64,000 bases of DNA from Spirochaetota bacterium (GTDB lineage: Bacteria > Spirochaetota > UBA4802 > UBA5550), in NCBI GenBank assembly GCA_003246895.1, contig QKCL01000015.1, positions 20,795-84,794 of the forward strand, read 5' to 3'. A program made the translations under genes and the position numbers. Below are positions 10,034 through 18,717 of the stretch, piece after piece. The first letter of the stretch is position 1, and every line of letters begins with the position of its first letter. The notes below the pieces were generated by a model. It was not told the origin of the DNA. It saw only the letters and a list, made by a program, of their open reading frames with translations, and ran no database searches.

Positions 10034-10392
10034 TATCCGGTAAATTCAGCACTGCTCAACTTTCCTGAAATATCTGTACTCTGGCACCTGGAAAATTCAG
10101 GGTGTATAGCAGGCTATAATCTTCCTGCCCGGAACACTGAGGGCAATTACATTCTCCGATACTTTTTTATATCTGTCTTCTTTCATATCTATGTCTCTGG
10201 CACCATCACTGCTGATAACTGTATTTTATCTTTTATCGCGATAAATATTAAACTGTTTTGCGTATTTCAGATTTATTCTTATACCAAAATTTTATGTTTT
10301 CTTTCTTCTGTACAATTTATCAAAAATACAACGGTAAATATAGCAAAAAAATAGTATAGTTGATATTATATCAGTAACACATTTTTCCACAC

Positions 10393-10424
10393 AAAAAAGG
10401 GCTGCTATAAAGCAGCCCTTTTTT
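10393..10424. terminator. Bidirectional hairpin terminator; it serves the FecR-like gene on the minus strand
   Basis: The sequence AAAAAAGGGCTGC-tataa-GCAGCCCTTTTTT has A/T runs on both sides. Confidence 0.7.
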
Positions 10425-10449
10425 ACATCGGCTATAAAAAGAGATCATT

Positions 10450-11493
10450 TTACTCGTTCTTTTTGAACATGTTCTTTTTATAGTCCTCCAGATTTTTGAA
10501 GATATTAGACTTATCTTCCTGATATTTGTTCATGATTTTCTCGTAGGCTTCTTTATATTGTGCCTTTATTTTTTGCACTGCTTCATAGCTTTTCTGTTGT
10601 TCACTTCTTACATTCTCAGATTTATCTGCTATTTTTTCAAATCTTTCAGATATATCTTTTCCCTCATAATCCCTTGAAAGATTTCTCATATTCATATTCG
10701 ATGCTTCATTCATCATCATGTTATTTTCAATTTTATCTTCAGCTTGTTCAATAGCTTCACCAGATTTTTTCACATCCTCTTCGGACTTCATTTTTTTTAT
10801 ATTATTTTCAAGGCCGGAAAGATTCTCATTCGATTCCTTGACAGAATCCTCCCACGAATTTATCTGTTTTTCATAACGCTCAGCCTGCTGATCAATATTC
10901 TTTGCGATATCGCTGTTTCTGTTTTTTTCCCAGGAAGATATTGAACCACGGGTTTTTACTCTCTCAGGCATTTCAGAGACCTTTGTCTCAACTGAATAGC
11001 CGGGTTTAAGGTCGACGTTGCCATAACTGTTATCTATAGCCAATCTTCCCTGAGAAAGATCAATCTTCGTATCTCCTCCCTTGCTCACAGCAATATTAAA
11101 TCTTGTTCCTCTAACACCGGCAACTGTTGTGGGTGTATAGAGTTTGTGTTTACCCTTTTTGAGCTTCACAAATTTTCCGCTTATCTGACCGGAAACAATA
11201 GAGACCCCCTCTGAATCCTTTACATTTTCACTCCCGATTTTTACAACAGTATTTGGTTTAATACTGACTTTACTCTTATCGGAATATAGAAGATCAACAA
11301 TGGCTCCACGGCCTGTTTTAATTACATCTCCGTTCCCTACTTTATCCCCCATTGCCAGCTTAACAGTTTTACCACCCCTTACCAAATTTACATCTCCAAG
11401 GAAAAAAGAAACTGTCATACTATATGCAAATACAGGTATAAATAGAAGAAAGGCTGCTATTATAAAAAAGAATCTTACCCTGTTTTTCATCAA
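10450..11493 (-). CDS. Secreted FecR-domain protein with a long charged coiled-coil C-terminal region
   Basis: It has a signal peptide and an N-terminal FecR-like beta region (GDVIKTGRGAIVDL...). Its C-terminal 170 aa are rich in K, E and N. Confidence 0.45.
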   Translation of the reverse strand: MMKNRVRFFFIIAAFLLFIPVFAYSMTVSFFLGDVNLVRGGKTVKLAMGDKVGNGDVIKTGRGAIVDLLYSDKSKVSIKPNTVVKIGSENVKDSEGVSIVSGQISGKFVKLKKGKHKLYTPTTVAGVRGTRFNIAVSKGGDTKIDLSQGRLAIDNSYGNVDLKPGYSVETKVSEMPERVKTRGSISSWEKNRNSDIAKNIDQQAERYEKQINSWEDSVKESNENLSGLENNIKKMKSEEDVKKSGEAIEQAEDKIENNMMMNEASNMNMRNLSRDYEGKDISERFEKIADKSENVRSEQQKSYEAVQKIKAQYKEAYEKIMNKYQEDKSNIFKNLEDYKKNMFKKNE

Positions 11494-11596
11494 TAAGCTC
11501 CAATATTGTATTTATTTGATTATACATTAAGCCTTCTGAAATTACAACTATTTTATAGACTTAATCGCAGTCATATCACCAATAAAGAATGTTTTA

Positions 11597-11965
11597 TCAC
11601 TTCAAAGATAGACCCTTTATTATTATTTCAGCAGTTCCAATATTAGTCGCAAGCGGAATATTATGAACATCACAAATTCTCATAAGCATATTAATATCAG
11701 GGTCATGGGGGTGTTTCCCAAGGGGGTCTCTTAAAAAAATTACAGCTTCAATTTTACCCTCTACAACATCAGAGGCAATCTGCGCATCACCACCGAGCGG
11801 ACCTGATTGAACTCTCCTCACCTGGAGCCCGGCTTTTTCAATATGACTTCCTGTAGTTCCTGTTGCGACCAGATCATACTGTGACAGGAAATCCCAGTGA
11901 TCCTTCACAAATGCAACCATCTCCGCCTTTTTCCCATCATGGGCTATAAGTGCGATCTGCCTCAT
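11597..11965 (-). CDS. mgsA: Methylglyoxal synthase
   Basis: A 122-aa protein with [17 protein letters not shown] and [13 protein letters not shown] motifs. Confidence 0.85.
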   Translation of the reverse strand: MRQIALIAHDGKKAEMVAFVKDHWDFLSQYDLVATGTTGSHIEKAGLQVRRVQSGPLGGDAQIASDVVEGKIEAVIFLRDPLGKHPHDPDINMLMRICDVHNIPLATNIGTAEIIIKGLSLK

Positions 11966-12079
11966 TTTTCCCTCCTTAATTTGACAATTATCTTTATAAG
12001 GCTTTAGCTTTTATTATCAATTATTATTTATCAATTATTATTTGACACAATGATCCCAAAAAGTTGTTAAAAGAGAGAT

Positions 12080-13303
12080 ATGAGCAAGAAATATGATGTA
12101 ATAATAATCGGAGCCGGGCCGGCAGGACTGTTTGCAGGGCTATCTATTAATGGAAAAAAATTTAAAACCCTTATAATTGAAAAGAAACAGACTCCCGGCA
12201 AGAAACTGCTACTATCCGGTGGCGGACAATGCAATTTCACAAACTCATCTGAAATCAGGGAATTCAACGTCAGATATAATAACAAAAATTTTGTCACTCC
12301 CTCCCTCCGATCCTTCAGCAACAATGATCTGATCGACTTTTTAGATAAAAAATGTTTTAAATCCCTTATCAGGGATGACGGCAAGGTTTTTCCTGAAAGT
12401 GCCAGAGCTTCTGACTTAGCAGACCTTTTCGTGAGGCTCAATATTGAAAACGGTGTAGATATTATCTCTGGCACCGATGTTAAATCTGTTTCAAGAGATG
12501 AGGAATGCTTTAACATTACAACCTCTGGCACCTCCTATAATTCACGATATCTCATAATCGCTACCGGTGGAAAATCATATCCCCAGACCGGTTCAGACGG
12601 CACCGGATTTAAACTTGCGGAGATGCTCGGACATTCAATAACTGTATTAAAACCGTCTCTGGCACCTGTTTTCATTAAAAACCATAAACTCATGGAATTA
12701 TCGGGTATCTCATTTAACAATGCAAAAATTGATCTGTACAGGAACAACACCAAAACCGGATCCTTTACCGGAGAACTCCTGATCACACACAAAGGCTTTT
12801 CCGGTCCCGCAATATTAAACAACAGCAGATATATGGAAAATCTTGACCTTCTTAAAATTTCATTTACCGGAAAAAATTTTGAAGAAACTGACCAGATTCT
12901 TCAGGCAGGAAGAAACAATAGTGGAAAACAAAGTGTTAAAAAATTTTTACAGATTTTAAATATTCCCGAAAGGCTTATACTGTTTATTCTGAATACATTA
13001 GAAATAAGCCCTGGAGCCCAGGTTTCGCAGCTTTCAAGAGAACAAAGAATATCTCTGGCACGTTATCTGTCAGAATACCCATCAATAATTAATATGGTTG
13101 GAGATTTCTCCAGCGCAATGGCTACATCAGGAGGAGTTTTGACTTCTGAAATAAACAAAAAAACAATGGAATCCAGAATATGCCCCGGTTTATATTTCGC
13201 AGGTGAAGTACTTGATATTGACGGAGATACCGGCGGATACAACATTCAGTGGGCCATATCATCAGGCAGGCTTGCTGCAATGTCAATTTCAGGAACAGGA
13301 TAA
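12080..13303 (+). CDS. HI0933-family FAD-dependent flavoprotein (aminoacetone oxidase / BaiN-like)
   Basis: An N-terminal YDVIIIGAGPAGLFAG Rossmann motif and a C-terminal GEVLDIDGDTGGYN motif; length 407 aa. Confidence 0.7.
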   Translation: MSKKYDVIIIGAGPAGLFAGLSINGKKFKTLIIEKKQTPGKKLLLSGGGQCNFTNSSEIREFNVRYNNKNFVTPSLRSFSNNDLIDFLDKKCFKSLIRDDGKVFPESARASDLADLFVRLNIENGVDIISGTDVKSVSRDEECFNITTSGTSYNSRYLIIATGGKSYPQTGSDGTGFKLAEMLGHSITVLKPSLAPVFIKNHKLMELSGISFNNAKIDLYRNNTKTGSFTGELLITHKGFSGPAILNNSRYMENLDLLKISFTGKNFEETDQILQAGRNNSGKQSVKKFLQILNIPERLILFILNTLEISPGAQVSQLSREQRISLARYLSEYPSIINMVGDFSSAMATSGGVLTSEINKKTMESRICPGLYFAGEVLDIDGDTGGYNIQWAISSGRLAAMSISGTG

Positions 13304-13410
13304 AGCGGTCTCTGGCACCAAATCTCCACTTCTCTCCGACCGCGTTCTCTGGCACCAGACTCAAAAACAGTCTATAATTTCCCAAATTATTAACTTTCTC
13401 TGGCACCCTG
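13300..13410 (+). repeat. Three direct copies of TCTCTGGCACC in about 100 bp, immediately upstream of the RAYT gene
   Basis: The copies are GGTCTCTGGCACCAAA, CGTTCTCTGGCACCAGA and CTTTCTCTGGCACCCTG, at about 13305, 13339 and 13394. Confidence 0.7.
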
Positions 13411-13474
13411 CAAAAATATTTCTCCAAAACTTAGTTAGAAAGCGTAAAACAATAAACAGAATTTAAAAAGACTT

Positions 13475-14083
13475 ATGGGACGAAAGCACAGAGAAACAAT
13501 AACAGGCGCAACATATCATATTTTTTCACGCTGCATTTCGAGACTTGATCTCTTGAAAAGCAGCTGGATAAAGGATCTATTTCTGCAGGTCATTTCCGAA
13601 ACACAGGAAAAATATGAATTTGAACTGAATACCGTCATTATACTGGACAATCATTTTCACATGGTAATCAGAACCACCTCTTCCTGTGACACAATTTCAC
13701 TGATCATGCAGAGAATAAAATCTGTTTTTGCAAGGAGATATAACAAAATTCATTCAAGAACCGGACCTTTCTGGAACGAACGCTTTGGACATAAAATAGT
13801 AGAAAAAGCTAAAGATATCGTCAAATACACTATTCACCTGCTCTGGTATGCCGCATACAACAGTGTCCGTAAAGGAACAGTTACTGACCCTAGAAATTAT
13901 AAATACAGTTCAATAAATGCCTATCTAGACAAAACCTTCAAATTCCCTCTCAAAATAACGCGTCACAAAATATTCAAGAATTTAGGACGGACATTTAAGG
14001 AACGGACAGAAAAATTTTTAGAGTATGAGAGCATTTACAAAGAATATTTGTCAAAAAAGACTTTAAGTGACCTTAAATTTTAG
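13475..14083 (+). CDS. tnpA: IS200/IS605-like Y1 (HuH) transposase of the REP-associated tyrosine transposase (RAYT) type
   Basis: A 202-aa protein with a HuH motif (NHFHMVIRT) and conserved YHIFSR and FWNERF blocks, with Tyr-containing helices near the C-terminus. Confidence 0.65.
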   Translation: MGRKHRETITGATYHIFSRCISRLDLLKSSWIKDLFLQVISETQEKYEFELNTVIILDNHFHMVIRTTSSCDTISLIMQRIKSVFARRYNKIHSRTGPFWNERFGHKIVEKAKDIVKYTIHLLWYAAYNSVRKGTVTDPRNYKYSSINAYLDKTFKFPLKITRHKIFKNLGRTFKERTEKFLEYESIYKEYLSKKTLSDLKF

Positions 14084-14402
14084 AAATACACTCATGTCTA
14101 CAGACCAGGCCCTCCCACTACTTCGCTTATTATTGCACCATATCTGAGTCCATTGGCTATGATGTCTGGCCTCAATTTTGTAATAACAGGAGTTGCTTCT
14201 TTAGGACCTTTTAATGTTATGACATATGGACTGCAGTTTGCCTGATTTCAGTTATGAAGGAGACAGGCATGGATGCCTTATGCAAAACTATTAAGAACAT
14301 TCCGTTATGCTTTTTGCAGGCAGTCATCGTGTCTGCACTGCCTTCGATTTCATGATGAAAAGGAGGCGGCTGACACACCCACCTATATCTTACTGCAAAC
14401 CT

Positions 14403-16367
14403 CTAGTTTTCAAAAATCCCCATGAGTTCCCTGTAACTGCGTGAAAGGGACGGCAGGTCCCTTACCCTTACCCCGTCGGGGAGTGATTCAAGAAATGATG
14501 AACCGTACCCCTTTGAAAGAATGCGCGGGTCAAGTACTGCAACTATCCCCTTGTCTGTTTCATTTCTGATGAGGCGGCCCGCACCCTGTTTCATCTTTAT
14601 GACGGCTTCGGGTATCTGAAGATCAAAGAATGAATTCTTCCCCTGCTGTTCAACCTTTTCTATGCGGGCCTTCATTATTGGAGTGTCCGGAACCGAAAAT
14701 GGAAGCCTGGTAATTATTACACCCTTGAGAAGGTCGCCGGGCAGGTCTATCCCCTGCCAGAACGAGTGGGTCCCCATTAGAACTGATCCCCTGTTTGCAA
14801 TGTATGCGGAGATTGCACCTGATGCGCTGAGTTCATCCTGGGAGAATATTCTGTTCTCTATGTTTCTCTGAAGAAGATGTTTTACTGTACGGAGCAGGCT
14901 GTATGATGTGAAGAGCACAAGACAGTTGCCGTCTACTATTCGTATTATCTCCGCTATTACGGACGAGATTTTTTCAGGGAATGATAAGCTGTTGGGCTCA
15001 GGGAGTTCCCGGTCTGTGTAGAGGAGCATCTGTTTTTTGTAGTCAAAGGGTGACTTCAGCATGATGGCCTTCCCCCGGCTGAAACCGACGCGGCCCGAGA
15101 AATAGGAGAAGTCATTCTTAACAGAAAGAGTGGCAGAGATGAACACAGATGATTCATAGAATGAGTATACCTCACTCTGCATTATTTCGTTTATGTTCAC
15201 GGGCCTTGCAATGGCCCTGACATTGCCCAGAAGTTCATCCGAGCTTCTCTCTATCCAGTAGACAAAGGAATCACGGTTCAGGTCCAGAAAGAATTTCAGG
15301 GCCTCTGTATATGCGGTGATCTTGTTCTTTGCAGGTTCAAATTCCAGAACTGTATCCTCTTCGTCAAAGTCATTTTCTGCCCGTACAATGAGTTCAAGGA
15401 ACTGGGACAGGAGCGACAGAAATTTCTGCCCCATGTTGACTTTATGGGTGATGCGCAGAACATTGTTCTTTTCAGGGAACAGGTCACGGAGCTGTTCAAA
15501 GAATTTCTGGCCCTCTTTAAGTATCTTGTCTATGAAGTTTATGGCTTCCTGCTGTGTTATTGTGTCCTTGAATGAATAGACGAGGCCGAACTTCCCCTTC
15601 ACATGGAATCTTGACATTATGTTTGCCAGGAGTTTGTGGTCTATGCTGAATCCAAGCTGACCCGAAGCGATTGTTTCAACCGAGTGTGCCTCATCAAAGA
15701 GTACAGCTTCCGTCACGGGCAGGTATGCCTTGCCTGATGCGACATTTGAAAAGAACAGGTAGTGGTTCATGACCAGAATATCAGACTGAGACCATTCCCT
15801 CTTTGCAGCCTGAAAGGGGCACTGTCTGGAATAGGGACATTTCTGGTGGCTGCATGCGTCGGGGTCACGGTTTATCTCCTCCCAGAACTCTCCGGGGCAC
15901 CCTGTGTCAAAGAATGTGAATATGCGCATTTCAGTGAATAGTCTGGAGATCTTTTTCACAAATATCATGTTTCCCTGGCTGAACTGGCCCTTTTTCACTG
16001 CCTTTTCAAAACGCCTTCTGCATGGGTAGTTGGAGCTTCCTAGGCAGAGTGAATATTTGAAATCAAGTCCAAGCTCCTCCTGGCATATCTTCTGCACTAT
16101 GGGCAGGTCCTTGTCCAGGAGCTGTTTCTGGAGCGCCTTGGTTTCAGTGGATATGGCTACACGCTTCCCCTTTGAGAGACTGTAGAGTATGGCCGGAAAA
16201 AGGTATGCCATGCTCTTGCCTGTACCGGTCCCTGCCTCAACGATTCCGTTTTCCGAAGATTCAAGGCGGTCCAGTATGAATTGTGCCATTCTGAGCTGGC
16301 TCTCCCTGTACCTGTATGAGGGCAGGTTCCGGTCGAGTGAGCCTGATGTTTTAAAGATATTGTCCAT
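14403..16367 (-). CDS. dinG: ATP-dependent DNA helicase, DinG/Rad3 (XPD-like) family
   Basis: A Walker A motif (AGTGTGKS), a DEAH-like FDEAHS box and an Fe-S Cys cluster (C...CPYSRQCPF), followed by a C-terminal helicase-C_2 region. Confidence 0.7.
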   Translation of the reverse strand: MDNIFKTSGSLDRNLPSYRYRESQLRMAQFILDRLESSENGIVEAGTGTGKSMAYLFPAILYSLSKGKRVAISTETKALQKQLLDKDLPIVQKICQEELGLDFKYSLCLGSSNYPCRRRFEKAVKKGQFSQGNMIFVKKISRLFTEMRIFTFFDTGCPGEFWEEINRDPDACSHQKCPYSRQCPFQAAKREWSQSDILVMNHYLFFSNVASGKAYLPVTEAVLFDEAHSVETIASGQLGFSIDHKLLANIMSRFHVKGKFGLVYSFKDTITQQEAINFIDKILKEGQKFFEQLRDLFPEKNNVLRITHKVNMGQKFLSLLSQFLELIVRAENDFDEEDTVLEFEPAKNKITAYTEALKFFLDLNRDSFVYWIERSSDELLGNVRAIARPVNINEIMQSEVYSFYESSVFISATLSVKNDFSYFSGRVGFSRGKAIMLKSPFDYKKQMLLYTDRELPEPNSLSFPEKISSVIAEIIRIVDGNCLVLFTSYSLLRTVKHLLQRNIENRIFSQDELSASGAISAYIANRGSVLMGTHSFWQGIDLPGDLLKGVIITRLPFSVPDTPIMKARIEKVEQQGKNSFFDLQIPEAVIKMKQGAGRLIRNETDKGIVAVLDPRILSKGYGSSFLESLPDGVRVRDLPSLSRSYRELMGIFEN

Positions 16368-16396
16368 TAAGGATGAATCGTGCCTTCCTGAAAATT

Positions 16397-16867
16397 TTAT
16401 CTCTTTGTATTTCTCCTGATAAATTCAGCAAGGCCTTTTTTGATTATTATGAACAGTACAATAAATATGATGAGGGCAATGACAGGGAAAAGATATGCCA
16501 GAATGTTCGGGTTATCCATGAACCGGTCGATCTCCTTCCCGAACTTCTCTTTTATTGTTATTACAATGGAGGAGATTATTACTATTGCCACGTATAAAAA
16601 GCTGAATGGGCCGGTTTTTCTGTTCTCCTCCTGTTCTGTATTATTTTCATCTTTCTTTACGGGAATGTCTGAAATACCCTTGGGGGAGGCCTTTCCGTTC
16701 TCATTCCGGGTTGGAAAAATTTCATTCATCTCAGGAAATCTCTCCTTCAGAGAACCTTTTCCCGGAGCATTGAGTCCTCCGCAGTTGCCGCAGAGCACCC
16801 GTTTTGCGCCTTCAGGAGCGCTGAGACTGTTTCCGCAGTATCTGCAGTTAAAATCTATTATCCTCAT
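16397..16867 (-). CDS. Membrane protein with an N-terminal zinc ribbon
   Basis: CRYCGN...CGNCGG pairs, then a TM helix. It lies upstream of the dinG-like gene in the same orientation. Confidence 0.35.
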   Translation of the reverse strand: MRIIDFNCRYCGNSLSAPEGAKRVLCGNCGGLNAPGKGSLKERFPEMNEIFPTRNENGKASPKGISDIPVKKDENNTEQEENRKTGPFSFLYVAIVIISSIVITIKEKFGKEIDRFMDNPNILAYLFPVIALIIFIVLFIIIKKGLAEFIRRNTKR

Positions 16868-16967
16868 AATTTACCACCCCGTTGTTCTGACTGTTTTAAT
16901 ATATTAAATACAGATTCCATTGCCAACCCTGAATGGGGGATAATTTTTTATTGATAAAATCGGTTTC

Positions 16968-18704
16968 ATGAGTATTATAATTTTATTCATATTCAGGAGT
17001 ATTCTTTTGAAATCTTATCTCTCCACAAAAAAAATCATATTTACAGCAGCGGCACTGTTTCTGTTTCAGTGCTCTCTTTTTGCAGACACAGTAAATGATC
17101 AGGAAAAGGCTGCTGGGATTATTACTCTGGCACCGGCACTCTTTACCTTAATTGTTGCGGTAATTTCCAGAAGGGCGGTTCTTTCAGTGGCTGCCGGGGC
17201 ATTTCTGGCTTCTGTTATTTTTCAGTTCAGGTCTGCCGGGGTTCTTCTTGCTCTGCCCTTCGGGATATCGGGCCTCATGTCCGGTATTGTCAGGGCAGTT
17301 GCCGATCCATGGAACTGCGGGCTTCTCTTTTTCTTCCTCTCCATGGGAGGGCTCTATTCGGTTCTGAGCAAATCTGGCGGTTTAAGCGCAATTGCTGCAT
17401 ATATGGAGACCAGATCAAGGTCACAGAGTTCTGCACAGGTATTTGCTTTTCTCATGGGATTCATCACATTCTTCGAGGAATTTGCAAGCCCCATGATAAC
17501 AGGTACGGTAATGGCAAGGGCTTTTGACCGCATGAAAATTTCCAGGGAGAGGCTGGCATTCATCGCCGACTCAATGTCCGTTCCCCTCACGGGCATTATG
17601 ATATTCTCCACATGGACAATGTACGAGATGGGTGTCATATACGCGGCGGGGGAGTCAATGAAAACCGGATTTGATGTAATGACTCTCTTTATAAAGACAC
17701 TGCCCTACAAGATCTATCCTATTCTCATGATTGTCTTTACATTTGTATCGTGCAGGTCTCTGAGGGATTTCGGGCCCATGAAGAGGGTTCAGATCAGGTG
17801 CGCTGAATCAATGCCTGGAGAAGAGCCTGAAAACACGGAAAACGCTGAAGAGAGCACCGGACCTCTTCAGGATCAGTGCACAGTTCCACGTATGTCATCT
17901 CTCTTCATACCGGTTGGATTTTTTATTGCAGCTTCACTTGCAGGGCTCATTATGGGAGGCATTAATAATATAAGCAAGTCGGGTGAAATCTCCTCTGTTT
18001 TTTCAAGGAGAGGGATAGTGCACGTCATGGGCTCTGCAGATGTCACCATTGTACTTTTTCAGGCGTCCCTGTTTACGCTTCTTGTTTCGGTTATACTAAT
18101 GCATCTCAGGGGTATTATGAACCCGTCCAGGGCTTTCTCATACTGGGTCAGGGGTGTGAAGTCGGTTCTTCCTGCAGCTCTTCTGCTTGTTGTTTCATGG
18201 GTATTTGTCAATATCATGAAAGACCTGGGTACGGTTGAGTACACTGGAAGAATGATGATAAACTTTTCAGCAGGACCGATGACACCTGTCATGATTTTCA
18301 TGATTTCATTCCTTGCTGTTTTTCTGACAGGCGCACCATTCGGGGCAATGGCCTTCATGCTTCCGGCATCGGTTGCAGTTGCGGTCATGAGCCCTCTCAC
18401 AATTGAGGTGAACCTTCCCCTTTATCTGGGCGCTTCAATGTCCGGTATCATTATGGGGGAACATTCATCGTTTTTTTCGAACAGCACAATACTTTCATCT
18501 GCCGGGGCAAAGTGCAGGCATGTGAATCATTTTATTACACAGCTTCCCTACTCACTCACAGTGGGGATTATTTCCGCTGTGGCATTTTTTATACCTGCAG
18601 GTTACGGTGTGCCTCTCTGGGTTATTCTGCCCGTATCAGCAGCACTGACCGCAGGTGTGGTACTTATTGCAGGCAGAAGGCCTGAAGGATATGACTATTA
18701 CTGA
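16968..18704 (+). CDS. NhaC-family Na+/H+ antiporter-like membrane transporter
   Basis: A 578-aa polytopic protein with NhaC-like segments (FEEFASPMITGTVMA, SMSVPLTGIMIFSTW). Confidence 0.5.
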   Translation: MSIIILFIFRSILLKSYLSTKKIIFTAAALFLFQCSLFADTVNDQEKAAGIITLAPALFTLIVAVISRRAVLSVAAGAFLASVIFQFRSAGVLLALPFGISGLMSGIVRAVADPWNCGLLFFFLSMGGLYSVLSKSGGLSAIAAYMETRSRSQSSAQVFAFLMGFITFFEEFASPMITGTVMARAFDRMKISRERLAFIADSMSVPLTGIMIFSTWTMYEMGVIYAAGESMKTGFDVMTLFIKTLPYKIYPILMIVFTFVSCRSLRDFGPMKRVQIRCAESMPGEEPENTENAEESTGPLQDQCTVPRMSSLFIPVGFFIAASLAGLIMGGINNISKSGEISSVFSRRGIVHVMGSADVTIVLFQASLFTLLVSVILMHLRGIMNPSRAFSYWVRGVKSVLPAALLLVVSWVFVNIMKDLGTVEYTGRMMINFSAGPMTPVMIFMISFLAVFLTGAPFGAMAFMLPASVAVAVMSPLTIEVNLPLYLGASMSGIIMGEHSSFFSNSTILSSAGAKCRHVNHFITQLPYSLTVGIISAVAFFIPAGYGVPLWVILPVSAALTAGVVLIAGRRPEGYDYY

Positions 18705-18717
18705 CAGGGGGACTCAA

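Noticed and set aside
10078-13410. Reading all CTCTGGCACC copies as sigma-54 promoters (TGGCAC matches the -24 element)
   Set aside because: Only the copy at about 10201 has a GC dinucleotide at the correct -12 spacing. The others lack it, and several lie inside coding sequence.
16440-16907. A 155-aa plus-strand ORF antisense to the zinc-ribbon membrane gene
   Set aside because: It is the mirror image of the minus-strand gene. The minus-strand product has the coherent Cys-x2-Cys pairs and the TM helix, and sits in operon context with dinG.
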